Assembly (NCBI GenBank): GCA_023454175.1
Contig: JAEXRW010000040.1
Span: 1,925 to 65,924 of the forward strand
Origin: Bacillota bacterium
GTDB lineage: Bacteria; Bacillota; Clostridia; Christensenellales; JAEXRW01
DNA length: 64,000 nt
Reading direction: 5' to 3'
Of the stretch, positions 53,831-63,366 are shown one piece after another. Below the pieces are notes generated by a model. It worked only from the letters and a program-made list of their open reading frames with translations, searched no databases and had not been told where the DNA came from. Made by a program: the position numbers and the translations under genes. Within the stretch, counting starts at the first letter, position 1. The number at the start of each line of letters is the position of its first letter.

Positions 53831-53861
53831 AGGCATGCATCCCGGGATGCATGCCTTTTTT
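53831..53861 (+). terminator. strong intrinsic terminator
   Basis: Palindrome AGGCATGCATCCCGGGATGCATGCCT followed by TTTTT, preceded by AAAAA. Confidence 0.85.
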
Positions 53862-53972
53862 GTTGCACATTTGCCGGATTTTCTTTTTGTTTTCGGTATC
53901 CGTCCTTCCGCTTTTGCCATACTAAGTGCATGGAGGTGCACTGCTGAAGATAGAACAATAAACAAATAACGA

Positions 53973-55580
53973 ATGATTTTCGGCACACGGATGAAGATAC
54001 TGCTGCTGTATCCCGAAATACCCGATACGTTCTGGAGTTTCAATTATGCCCTGAAATTCATTTTGCGTAAAGCCAACTTCCCCCCGTTGGGCTTGCTGAC
54101 GGTCGCTTCTCTGCTGCCCGAAGGCTGGGATATCCGTCTGCTGGATATGAATGCCGGCAGACTCCAAAATAGTGATCTTTTATGGGCGGATTATGTGTTT
54201 ATCAGCGCCATGTCCATCCAAAGCAAATCCGTGGAGGATGTTTTGGAAAGATGCCGGCGCCTCGGGGCAAAGACCGTGGGCGGAGGTCCCCTTTTCACAG
54301 CATGGTACGATAAATATGAGCAGGTGGACCACCTCGTATTGAACGAGGCCGAGCTCACGCTGCCCTTTTTTCTCAAAGACCTGCAGGATGGCAAGGCACG
54401 CCATTTGTACCGCACGGATGGGTTCGCGGATATCCGAGCCACACCCATCCCCCGCTGGGACCTCATCAGCAAGCGCAAGTACGCCTCCATGAATATCCAG
54501 TACTCCCGCGGCTGCCCGTTCAATTGCGAGTTTTGTGATATCGTTTCCCTGTATGGGCATGAGCCCCGGCTGAAGGCAAAAGACCAGATCATTGCGGAGC
54601 TGGAGTCGCTGTACCGGTGGGGCTGGAGGGGGAACGTCTTCTTTGTCGATGATAATTTCATCGGGAACAGGGCTGTATTGAAGCAAGAGATTTTGCCCGC
54701 CATCGTGGAGTGGATGAAGGCGCGCGGCTATCCCTTTTCCTTTTTCACCGAAGCCTCCGTGAATCTGTCCGATGATGACGAGCTCATCCGCCTCATGGTG
54801 GAAGCCGGGTTTAATATGGTCTTCATCGGCATCGAGACGCCCAACGAGGAGAGCCTCGCCGAGTGCGGCAAGCACCAGAACAGGAACCGGGATCTGGTAT
54901 CCTGCGTGAAAAAGCTCCACCGGTCCGGACTGCAGGTGCAGGGCGGCTTCATCGTGGGGTTTGATAGCGATCCCGAGTCCATCTTCAAAACGGTGGTGGA
55001 TTTCATTCAGGAAAGCGGCATCGTCACCGCCATGGTGGGCCTGCTCACGGCGCTGCGTGGGACGCGCCTGTACAAAAGGCTGCAGGGCGAAGGCCGTATT
55101 TTGAAAAGGGACTCGGGGGACAATACCGGCTTTTCCCTGAACTTCATCCCCCGCATGGATGCCGGTACCCTGGTGGCAGGATACCAGGGCATTATAAAGG
55201 ATATTTACTCGCCCAAGAACTACTATGCCAGGGTCAGGCAGTTCCTTCAGGACTTTCATTTGAAGGCCAGGCGCACGGTCCGCCTGCCAGGCTGGCGGGA
55301 TATCTATGCGCTATTTAAGTCGATCTTTCATCTCGGGTTTGTGGATAGGGATTATAAGGAGTATTGGAAGTTCATGTTCTGGGCCCTTTCCCGCCGTCCC
55401 CTGCTTTTCCCCATGGCCGTCTCGTTTGCCATATACGGCTATCACTTCCGCAAGGTATACGAGTCCAACGTGGCGTTTGAATCTTCTGAAGCATCCGGGG
55501 AATCTGATATGGCAAAGGATGGGAAGGCGGATCTGGCCTCAGGCATGGTATTGACGAAAGAGCCGCCCATGGGGCAGTAA
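53973..55580 (+). CDS. B12-binding-domain radical SAM protein with DUF4070-like C-terminus
   Basis: N-terminal cobalamin-binding-like Rossmann (MKILLLYPE..GLLTVASLLPEGWDIRLLD). Radical SAM cluster motif CPFNCEFC. The likely true start is ATG 53991. Confidence 0.9.
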   Translation: MIFGTRMKILLLYPEIPDTFWSFNYALKFILRKANFPPLGLLTVASLLPEGWDIRLLDMNAGRLQNSDLLWADYVFISAMSIQSKSVEDVLERCRRLGAKTVGGGPLFTAWYDKYEQVDHLVLNEAELTLPFFLKDLQDGKARHLYRTDGFADIRATPIPRWDLISKRKYASMNIQYSRGCPFNCEFCDIVSLYGHEPRLKAKDQIIAELESLYRWGWRGNVFFVDDNFIGNRAVLKQEILPAIVEWMKARGYPFSFFTEASVNLSDDDELIRLMVEAGFNMVFIGIETPNEESLAECGKHQNRNRDLVSCVKKLHRSGLQVQGGFIVGFDSDPESIFKTVVDFIQESGIVTAMVGLLTALRGTRLYKRLQGEGRILKRDSGDNTGFSLNFIPRMDAGTLVAGYQGIIKDIYSPKNYYARVRQFLQDFHLKARRTVRLPGWRDIYALFKSIFHLGFVDRDYKEYWKFMFWALSRRPLLFPMAVSFAIYGYHFRKVYESNVAFESSEASGESDMAKDGKADLASGMVLTKEPPMGQ

Positions 55581-55609
55581 ACTGCCTGCAAGCCTGGACC
55601 TCGCGTCTG

Positions 55610-56767
55610 CTATTGTATCAGTTCGGCTGTTTGCCGGATCTTGGCGAGGCCGTTGTCGATCGTGATCTGGTTGATGGAAAATGTCCCGTCCGGATAGGTG
55701 ATATTGATGTATGCATTGTCCTGTGTCGTACCCAGCCAGATATAGCCTTCATCCCCTGCCAGGCTGTACAGGCTGGTCACGTCCGCCGCCCTGTATGTCT
55801 TTCCCGTATCCGTGTCCAGGGCGGTAAGGATCATACTGGCGCCGTCCTTTGCCACGTACAGGATATATTGCCCGTACCGGGAAAAGGTGAAATCCCGGTC
55901 GATGTTTCTGCAGATCACCCGCTGCTTCCCCGAAGCCAGGTCCTGGGACACGAAGCTTTCTTCGTTATAATAATAGATCCTTCCGCTGATGGTTTCGTAT
56001 GCGTCCCATTCGGCGATATAGCTGGTGATCTGTCTCGACCTTTTGGTTTTTTCGTTGTATTCGTATATGTAGTCACCCTCCGCGCCGTAGGGTTCGGTAT
56101 GGTAGATCTTCCCGCCGATTGTTTGGATGCTGGATGCCTCCTGCAGGATCTTCTTCAGATGATTCCCGTCCAGGTCCATGGAGTACAGGCTGCTCCTGTC
56201 TGCGCGGTCCGGCTTGCGTGTGTCCAGGCACAGGTACATCGTCTTGCCGTCGGTGAATAGTTCGTAGATATTGTATGGCAGGGTTGCCGTTTTCACATTC
56301 TGCCCCGTGGCGGTGTTGTATGTCCACACTTCGTTGAATACGTTCTTATCGCTGTTGCTGTAAGGGACCCAGTAGATCATACCTTTGTCCCATGTGTAGG
56401 TGGCGCACTCGTCCAGTATCTTGTCCACGGCGTGGGTCTTTTTGTGTATAGCGTAGACGGCGTTGGTCGAGCCGTTGTTGCTCATCGTATAAAAGTAGAT
56501 GCTGTTTTTATCTTCATACATATCCCTGTCCGAGGGCAGGCGCGAGATTACTTTGGCGTCGGGGATATCCTTGTCCAGCAGCATCGCGCGCGGTGGCGTC
56601 TTGGATGGTCCTGCGATGGCCACGGTGTCATCAGGGATGCTCGTTACCGAAGCTGTACCGGGGTCAGGCGTGCTGGCGCATGCGCTCAGGCACAGGGCGC
56701 TGAATATGATGATTGCGGTTGACAGTATTCTTTTCAAGGATGCCATCTCCTCCGGCTGTCGTTGCAT
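55610..56767 (-). CDS. lipoprotein with YY-rich beta-propeller-like repeats (DUF5050-like), second copy
   Basis: Lipobox LCLSAC. Segments SIYFYT, MIYWVPY, GKIYHT, GRIYYYN, ILYVAKDG. Start 56767 or 56746. Confidence 0.7.
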   Translation of the reverse strand: MQRQPEEMASLKRILSTAIIIFSALCLSACASTPDPGTASVTSIPDDTVAIAGPSKTPPRAMLLDKDIPDAKVISRLPSDRDMYEDKNSIYFYTMSNNGSTNAVYAIHKKTHAVDKILDECATYTWDKGMIYWVPYSNSDKNVFNEVWTYNTATGQNVKTATLPYNIYELFTDGKTMYLCLDTRKPDRADRSSLYSMDLDGNHLKKILQEASSIQTIGGKIYHTEPYGAEGDYIYEYNEKTKRSRQITSYIAEWDAYETISGRIYYYNEESFVSQDLASGKQRVICRNIDRDFTFSRYGQYILYVAKDGASMILTALDTDTGKTYRAADVTSLYSLAGDEGYIWLGTTQDNAYINITYPDGTFSINQITIDNGLAKIRQTAELIQ

Positions 56768-56929
56768 GTTCCATATATTATATCGTATTTTAAGTTTATA
56801 TTGTTAACTTACGGCATTTTCATGCGCGTCTGTTGATACATCCTTTACATTCCTTTCGATTAATGCCGCCCGTTTGGTGATAATATATATTATATAAAAG
56901 TCTATCTTGTCTAAGGAGGTTTTCGGGGT

Positions 56930-57637
56930 ATGTTCATGCCCTTTGCATACTGGTACGATCCCACGTGGCTCATTCTGATCCCCGCCGTCATCCTGGCTAT
57001 CTACGCGCAGGTACGCGTGTCTTCCACGTTCAATCGTTACAGCCAAATCATGTCCGAGCGCGGATTCACAGCTGCAGAGGTGGCATCCCACATGCTGCGC
57101 CACCACGGCCTGGGGGATGTGCCGGTGGAAATGGCCCAGGGAAGGTTGACCGACCATTACGACCCGAAAAAGCGTGTGCTGCGCCTTTCGCAGAGCACAT
57201 TCTCCAGCAGCTCCGTCGCCGCGCTGGGCGTGGCTGCCCATGAGGTGGGCCATGCCATCCAGCATCAGCAGGGTTATACGCCCATGAAGGTGCGCACCGC
57301 CCTCGTGCCGCTGGCCAATATCGGTACCTATGCCGCCTTCCCGCTGCTCATCCTGGGATTGATTTTGCAGTTGGTCGGCCTCGTTTATGTCGGTATCGGC
57401 GTCTTTGCGCTCGCCGTTTTGTTTCAATTGGTGACGCTGCCCGTGGAGTATGATGCCAGCCGCCGTGCCCGTACGCTGCTGCAGGATGGCGGGTATCTCA
57501 CGGTGCAGGAAACAGCCGACGCGCGGAAGGTGCTCAGCGCCGCCGCGCTCACCTACCTCGCCGCCACCCTCATGAGCCTGCTCCAGCTCCTCCGTTTCAT
57601 CCTTCTTGCCGGGGCCATGGGCCGCCGCCGCGATTGA
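56930..57637 (+). CDS. membrane zinc metallopeptidase (PF04298-type)
   Basis: SD AAGGAGG. YWYDPTWLILIPAVILAIYAQ, HEVGH zinc motif, C-terminal TM helices. Confidence 0.85.
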   Translation: MFMPFAYWYDPTWLILIPAVILAIYAQVRVSSTFNRYSQIMSERGFTAAEVASHMLRHHGLGDVPVEMAQGRLTDHYDPKKRVLRLSQSTFSSSSVAALGVAAHEVGHAIQHQQGYTPMKVRTALVPLANIGTYAAFPLLILGLILQLVGLVYVGIGVFALAVLFQLVTLPVEYDASRRARTLLQDGGYLTVQETADARKVLSAAALTYLAATLMSLLQLLRFILLAGAMGRRRD

Positions 57638-57696
57638 TTGCATTGCCTGGTGATGTATAATAAATGCATCAATTTGTTTGAGGTGGGTCGCGCTCA

Positions 57697-58380
57697 ATGA
57701 TAAAAGCCGTTGTTTTCGATATGGATGGCCTCATGTTTGATACCGAGCGTCTCGTGAGGATTGCCTGGGATCATGCGGGCCGTCAGATGGGTTATGATAT
57801 ACCGTCCGACCTCTTTTCGCTGACCGCCGGGATGGACATCCCCAATACCCGGCGTATTTTTGTCCAGCGTCTGGGAGGGGATTTTGATTTCTTTGCCTGC
57901 CGGAAGCTGCGCGTGGATTACATGATGCAGTACATTCTCGATCACGGCCTGCCCGTGAAACGCGGTTTGTATGAATTGCTGGATTTTCTCAAAGGGAATG
58001 GGTACGATATGGCCATCGCCTCCTCCACCGAAGCCGACAAGGTGGAATTCAATCTCGCCAAGGCGGGCGTTTCTCATTATTTTTCGCATTTGGTCTGCGG
58101 GGGCATGGTGCCACGCGGCAAGCCCGCGCCCGATATCTACCTGAAAGCCGTGGAATTGCTTGGGTTGGAGCCCGGCGAATGCATCGCGTTGGAGGACGCG
58201 CCTGCCGGCATCCTTTCCGCATATCGCGCCGGCCTCAGGCCCGTCATGGTGCCGGACCTGGTGGAGCCTGATGAAGCGACAGACCGTATTCTTTATGCAA
58301 AAGTGTCATCCCTATCCGATGTGGTCGGTTTGCTTATCCGCGAAGGCACAGCTGGATTTACCCTTCCCGTTATTTCTTGA
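57697..58380 (+). CDS. HAD-superfamily hydrolase (beta-phosphoglucomutase-like subfamily)
   Basis: Motif I VVFDMDGLMFDTE; motif II ASST; motif III/IV K..GKPAPD, ALEDAPAGI. Confidence 0.9.
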   Translation: MIKAVVFDMDGLMFDTERLVRIAWDHAGRQMGYDIPSDLFSLTAGMDIPNTRRIFVQRLGGDFDFFACRKLRVDYMMQYILDHGLPVKRGLYELLDFLKGNGYDMAIASSTEADKVEFNLAKAGVSHYFSHLVCGGMVPRGKPAPDIYLKAVELLGLEPGECIALEDAPAGILSAYRAGLRPVMVPDLVEPDEATDRILYAKVSSLSDVVGLLIREGTAGFTLPVIS

Positions 58381-58382
58381 TA

Positions 58383-58391
58383 TGGTATAAT
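58383..58391 (+). promoter_or_regulatory. extended -10 box for 58417..59313
   Basis: TGGTATAAT immediately after the HAD stop codon. Confidence 0.5.
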
Positions 58392-58416
58392 GTAGGCGTA
58401 TCATGAATGGGGGTAT

Positions 58417-59313
58417 ATGTGGGTGAGGAAACCGCTGTCCTTTCTTTTTGGCATTGCCCTTGTGCTCGGTATGGTCGTTGTTTCCACCGGCTGCATGAAT
58501 GAAGCGGTGGCTAAGGTCTCCCGCGTGCTGGATACCCTCTCCGCTAGTAAAGCCCGACATGTCGTCATGACCGCGGAAAACCGCCTCGGCAAGGTGGAAG
58601 GCATCACAGAGGCAGAAATCGTTATGGATTCCTTTGAGGATTTCACATTGAGTGGCGATGATGCGGTATTGAAGGCAGGCTACAATGTTGCAGGTGTACC
58701 CTCGGATCTCCAGCAGGAAACCATGCCGGACGCATTTATCAAGGATGGTTTTTATTATTACTTATATCTCGATCCTGACTCATTGCAGCAAAGGTACATA
58801 AAGCAGCCTGTGGGCGATACCGGTATGAAATCGTACAAGAAGCTGTTTTTGCCGCCAAAACTGGTTGGTCAGGCTGTGCAGGCTGGCCGGGTAAAAATAA
58901 CAGTGGCAGGACGCGATGTAGATGCCGAAGTCTACAATGTAGCTCTTTCGCAGGATTACCTCGATAAACTAATTCAGCGCAATGGCCCTGGCGCGGCCGG
59001 TTCGCTTCTGTCCTTATATCCCGAGAAAGCCCGTGCTCGCACAGAAATGGAAGTACCCCCAGATGTTTATAAATTCCACGGGTATACCTGCCGCATTTAT
59101 CTGGAGGATGGACGTTTTGTGCGGTATGAATTCAGTTTCAGCCTCACCCTGGATAATTCGAAATTCCTTGTCTACCCGGGAAACGTTTCGGGTTTCACGG
59201 ATTACCAATACAAAGAAACGATTGATGTATTGGAAACTGGGGATTACTTGCCGATAGACTTCCCGGCCTTCACGGACGAAAACACCATGCCGCCCCCTTC
59301 TTTCGGGGATTGA
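58417..59313 (+). CDS. hypothetical lipoprotein
   Basis: Signal peptide plus lipobox VVVSTGC. No family recognised. Confidence 0.7.
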   Translation: MWVRKPLSFLFGIALVLGMVVVSTGCMNEAVAKVSRVLDTLSASKARHVVMTAENRLGKVEGITEAEIVMDSFEDFTLSGDDAVLKAGYNVAGVPSDLQQETMPDAFIKDGFYYYLYLDPDSLQQRYIKQPVGDTGMKSYKKLFLPPKLVGQAVQAGRVKITVAGRDVDAEVYNVALSQDYLDKLIQRNGPGAAGSLLSLYPEKARARTEMEVPPDVYKFHGYTCRIYLEDGRFVRYEFSFSLTLDNSKFLVYPGNVSGFTDYQYKETIDVLETGDYLPIDFPAFTDENTMPPPSFGD

Positions 59314-59393
59314 ACAGAATTGCAGCTCGTTTCCAACGGAATGAACGTAACTTTTCTTTCATAATTTTGTATCATTTCTGTCTATACTGATTA

Positions 59394-59402
59394 TGGTATA
59401 AT
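59394..59402 (+). promoter_or_regulatory. extended -10 box for 59433..60914
   Basis: TGGTATAAT (TG 59394-59395, TATAAT 59397-59402). Confidence 0.5.
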
Positions 59403-59432
59403 GTTCATAATCTCTTTGGGAGTGCGATCCGT

Positions 59433-60914
59433 TTGAGAAGATTTTTGCGTCCTGCCTTGTCGGTCATTTTGATTCTGGCAGTCCTGGTGCTTCCGGGCTG
59501 TTTCATGTTCTTCCAGCTGGACGACCCGTCCGGCTTTTCGGTTGTGGGCCCCACACCTTCCGTGGGTATCGCGGCGTCGCCGCATCCTTCCGAGGCTGGC
59601 TCAGACCAGCCTTCAACGGCATCTCCAGCGCCCACAGAGACGCCTGCCGCGCCGCCCGCTTCGTTTGATTTGCGGGCGCTGGGCGCCGCGCCCACCGTGG
59701 AGGATCAGGGGGACAGCAACGACTGCTGGGCCTATGCCGCCCTGGCCGCCCTGGAGTCCGACCTGGCCTATCAGAACGGTGTGGCCGTGGATCTCTCCGA
59801 AAACCACCTCACGTTTTCCTGCGATACCGGGCGGGGCAATACCTGGGGTTTTTATGATGTGCTCAATGACGGGGGCAACAGCGATATCGCCGCGGCCTAT
59901 TTTGCGCGCCGCAGCGGCCCTGTCGATGAGTCCGCCTTCAAATACGCCTCCCCTCCCAGGGTCGATGTGACCCGCTCGGCGAAGCCTTCCTATGTCGCCC
60001 GCCAGGTCCTCTATATCCCCTCCCACGTGGATGATGACCACCCCGTGGCCAGCAGTGAGGACGTCCAAACGGTGAAGCAGGCCCTCATGCGCTACGGTGC
60101 GGTTTGTACCGATATCCGCATGGATGAGCGCTATTTTTCCGATAGATCGGATTCCTACTATTTCCCGGAGAAGCAGGCCACATCCCGGAGGCCCGCGGAC
60201 CACAGTGTGGTGCTGGTGGGCTGGGATGATGCCTTCCCGGCCGAAAAATTCCTGAAAAAGCCCCCGGGGGATGGCGCCTGGATCGCACAAAATAGCTACG
60301 GTTCCAAATGGGGCGATGGCGGCTATTTCTATATCTCATACAGTGACGCCTACGTATGCTCCTTCCCCGTGGCCTTTGCAGGTATCGTGCCGGCGCAGCC
60401 ATCCGGGCGCGCGTATGTCTATGATCCCCTAGGCGTGAACCAGCTGTATACCCCCAGGAATGCCGCAGTGGTCTATGGCGCCAATGTTTTCGACCGCCAG
60501 CAGGATGGCGTCATTGTGGATGGGGAAGCGCTGGATTCCGTCTCTGTGTATCTGGAAGATCCCGGTACCACCGTCACCGTATCCGTCGGCCAGGCGGGCA
60601 TTGCGGCTGACCCTTCCGCGTTTGTGCTGAAAGAGGTGGGTTCAGCCACGTTTGCCGAGCCGGGGTACCGTACCCTCGTGCTGGACCGGCCCCTGCCCCT
60701 CATGCAGCGCTGGTTCTGTGTCTCCGTGCGTTTCTCGGGCAGGGACGGCGTGGAGCTCCCCATCGAATCGCGTATTGAAAACTACTCCAGGGCCGCAGCC
60801 TCCCCCGGCCAGAGCTGGTACAGTTCCAGCGGGGATAAATGGACGGATATAACGTCTGTGAAAAAGGACTCAAACCTCTGCATCAAGGCCTTCACAACTG
60901 TACCCCTGCAGTGA
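59433..60914 (+). CDS. C1-family (papain-like) cysteine peptidase lipoprotein
   Basis: TTG start; lipobox LVLPGC. DQGDSNDCWAYAALAALE (Cys), DHSVVLVGWDD (His), AQNSYGSKWGDGGYFYISY (Asn). Confidence 0.85.
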   Translation: MRRFLRPALSVILILAVLVLPGCFMFFQLDDPSGFSVVGPTPSVGIAASPHPSEAGSDQPSTASPAPTETPAAPPASFDLRALGAAPTVEDQGDSNDCWAYAALAALESDLAYQNGVAVDLSENHLTFSCDTGRGNTWGFYDVLNDGGNSDIAAAYFARRSGPVDESAFKYASPPRVDVTRSAKPSYVARQVLYIPSHVDDDHPVASSEDVQTVKQALMRYGAVCTDIRMDERYFSDRSDSYYFPEKQATSRRPADHSVVLVGWDDAFPAEKFLKKPPGDGAWIAQNSYGSKWGDGGYFYISYSDAYVCSFPVAFAGIVPAQPSGRAYVYDPLGVNQLYTPRNAAVVYGANVFDRQQDGVIVDGEALDSVSVYLEDPGTTVTVSVGQAGIAADPSAFVLKEVGSATFAEPGYRTLVLDRPLPLMQRWFCVSVRFSGRDGVELPIESRIENYSRAAASPGQSWYSSSGDKWTDITSVKKDSNLCIKAFTTVPLQ

Positions 60915-60936
60915 TATAGATCAAGCCATATATTAT

Positions 60937-60967
60937 AAGGAGCAGGTTTAACTGCTCCTTTTATTTG
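60937..60967 (+). terminator. intrinsic terminator of 59433..60914
   Basis: Stem AAGGAGCAG (60937-60945)/CTGCTCCTT (60952-60960), then TTATTTG. Confidence 0.8.
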
Positions 60968-61167
60968 TTAACGCGTCGATATTCTTAAAAACAAGTTGCC
61001 TGTTCCAATGCTATTTGGTTGAAAAAGCCCGTAGGGGCCGATGCCCGTCATCGGCCCATTATTGATGATGCCTCTGTAAATTCAACGATGGTCATATTGC
61101 TAAACCGATACTTGCTCTTGCTTTTCCATTATGCTATATTTATCCAAATATATTTTGGGTGGTTGCC

Positions 61168-61857
61168 ATGGATAAGATGGACCATGTCAGGGATCATTTC
61201 GAGGGCGAGGCGCCCGTGTATGATGGTGTGATCAGAAACCTCATCCCGTATTACCCGCAGATGGTAGAAGCCCTCGTCTCTGCCCTGCCGTTTGACCATG
61301 ATGATGCGTTTAACGTGCTGGATCTTGGTTGTGGCACGGGCACGGTCTCCCGCGCCGTGCTGGATGCCTTCCCGTGCGCCCGCCTCACCTGCCTGGATAT
61401 CGCGGAAAACATGCTGGGCATTGCCCGCCGAAGGCTGTCCAGTGCTCAGGATGCGCGGTTCGTCCATGCCGACTTCTATCACTACGGGTTTGACAGGCAG
61501 TACCATGCCGTTGTGTCCTCCCTGGCGCTCCATCACCTGGTGACGCCGCAGGACAAGCTGGACTTCTATGAGAAGATATATGATGCGCTCAAACCCGGCG
61601 GCATCCTGGTCAATGCCGACGTCGTACTGGCCTCTACGGATACACTTCAGCGGCAGTACATGGAGCATTGGAAATCATTCATGTTGCGCGCTTTGCCGCA
61701 GGATGAAGTGGAAAACGTCTGGATTCCAAAGCATTACGAAGAGGACAGGCCCGTATCCCTTCTCGACCATCTGGCGATGCTGAAGGAAGCGGGATTCACT
61801 GCGATGGATGTGGTCTGGAAGTATTATAATTTCTGCGTCTACATGGCCGTAAAATGA
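61168..61857 (+). CDS. class I SAM-dependent methyltransferase
   Basis: Track start is GTG 61159; ATG 61168 preferred. Motif I VLDLGCGTGTVS, CLDIAENML, LKPGGILV. Confidence 0.85.
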   Translation: MDKMDHVRDHFEGEAPVYDGVIRNLIPYYPQMVEALVSALPFDHDDAFNVLDLGCGTGTVSRAVLDAFPCARLTCLDIAENMLGIARRRLSSAQDARFVHADFYHYGFDRQYHAVVSSLALHHLVTPQDKLDFYEKIYDALKPGGILVNADVVLASTDTLQRQYMEHWKSFMLRALPQDEVENVWIPKHYEEDRPVSLLDHLAMLKEAGFTAMDVVWKYYNFCVYMAVK

Positions 61858-61904
61858 TTCAAGGGATATGCATTGGGCAGATTACAGTTCGGAAAGGGCT
61901 CCCC

Positions 61905-62870
61905 TTATTCGGGTTTCAATTCATTGCATATTTTCCCCGGCGCCTTTGCAAAAGCCTTCATGATATATCTGAATCTCTTTTCCAGTGCTGCGATGTCATC
62001 GGGCAGGCTTAACCTGTATCGTTTGATGATGGGCTCCGCCTTTTCGGTTTCCGCCTGCTCCTCCGCCTCCTGTACCATCTCCGCCTGTTCGATAGCTTTC
62101 ACTTCTTCCATCTGAGCGATGGCCTCTTCCTGTGCGGCCGCTGCTGCCGCTGCTTCCCCTTCCTTTTTCTCCAGCCGCTTCATGATGAGCCTGTTGATGA
62201 GGATGCCGATGCCCGCCACCACCGCCGTAGCCCCATAGATGATGACGAATTTCCAGATGTCCCCCTCCAGCAGGATGGAGCCTGCGTATGTGGAGGTGAT
62301 CACCGATGGGATGCGCGCCAGCGTCGCGATCAGGATGAACCTTAGCGGTTTGATGGGTGTCAGCCCGGCGAAGTACGTCAGCACGTCCTTCGGTGTCCCC
62401 GGGATGAAAAACAGGATGAACGTCACCAGCTCCAGCCTTTTTGTGTTCTGGAGGAACTTCATCTTCTGGAACTTTTCCTTTTTGATGAACGTGCTCACAA
62501 AGGAGTACCCCAGCCAGCGCGTCAGGAAAAAGATGCCCGTCGTCCCGATCACCACGCCCAGCAGGCAGGTGAGCAGCCCGCCGAAGGTCCCGTAGATCAC
62601 GCCCGCCAGCACCTCGATGGGTTCGCCGGGGATGATGGCCACCACGATCTGCATCACCTGGATGCCCAGCAGCGTCAGCCACCCCAGCACGCCCTGCCCC
62701 TGCAGCGAGGCCCGCAGCTTCTCGCGCTCCGCCGTATCGTTCAGGGATAGGATAAAGGGCATGAACTGGATGGCCAGCCACACCACCACCCCCAGGAAGA
62801 TGGCGATGGCGGCAATCTTGATGATGATCCCCCTGTGCCGTTTGATGAATTCCCAGATTTTCTTCCCCAT
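61905..62870 (-). CDS. TVP38/TMEM64 (DedA-related) membrane protein with acidic/Ala-rich C-terminal tail
   Basis: IIPGEPIEVLAGVIYG, GTTGIFFLTRWLG, FIPGTPKDVLTYFAG. C-tail EGEAAAAAAAQEEAIAQMEE. Confidence 0.85.
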   Translation of the reverse strand: MGKKIWEFIKRHRGIIIKIAAIAIFLGVVVWLAIQFMPFILSLNDTAEREKLRASLQGQGVLGWLTLLGIQVMQIVVAIIPGEPIEVLAGVIYGTFGGLLTCLLGVVIGTTGIFFLTRWLGYSFVSTFIKKEKFQKMKFLQNTKRLELVTFILFFIPGTPKDVLTYFAGLTPIKPLRFILIATLARIPSVITSTYAGSILLEGDIWKFVIIYGATAVVAGIGILINRLIMKRLEKKEGEAAAAAAAQEEAIAQMEEVKAIEQAEMVQEAEEQAETEKAEPIIKRYRLSLPDDIAALEKRFRYIMKAFAKAPGKICNELKPE

Positions 62871-63313
62871 GTTTTACCCCGACATCATTCGTTGTTGAAT
62901 AGCATTCCCCGTGCTCCTGTTTCCCGTGGAACACTTGTCACTATTCTATCAGATTCCTCCCTTTCCTGCCACTTGCATAGACGTTAGATGACAACCCACC
63001 CTCCCATGCAAATACAGCTGGAAGTTTTATGCCGTTGATAGACATGGGAGGGGCAGGGGAGGGAACAAGCCCTGCATTTATGGGACGTTCGATCAGTAAC
63101 TCCGGTTCATACCTGTTTGCTGTTATATTACCAACGTGGGGTCCGGGGCCTTTCGATGAAGCGAGCAGCGTACCGTGGCACGGTCGCACCGTGTGATGCC
63201 GCTGAATCGGGCCCCGGGCGGTATGCGCAGCGTTACTTATTGTTCGTAGATAAATAGTTTGAACTGGCCTGCGCATCATCCCGATTATTGTCACAGGCAG
63301 GAATAGAATTTTT

Positions 63314-63355
63314 ATGTCAAGCATACTTGACATCTTTAGCTAACAGCGTTATACT
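63314..63355 (+). promoter_or_regulatory. sigma-A promoter with an overlapping palindromic operator
   Basis: TTGACA (63327-63332), 17 nt, TATACT (63350-63355). Perfect palindrome ATGTCAAG-CATA-CTTGACAT (63314-63333) spans the -35. A further CTTGACA half-site is at 63372-63378. Confidence 0.7.
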
Positions 63356-63366
63356 CTGCGTGTAAA

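Noticed and set aside
54180-55259. 359-aa minus-strand ORF opposite the radical SAM gene
   Set aside because: Antisense. The plus frame has the CxxxCxxC and B12-domain motifs.
62941-63333. 130-aa minus-strand ORF
   Set aside because: No SD. The Pro/Arg/Gly/His-rich, non-globular translation lies within a GC-rich hairpin region. Treated as non-coding.
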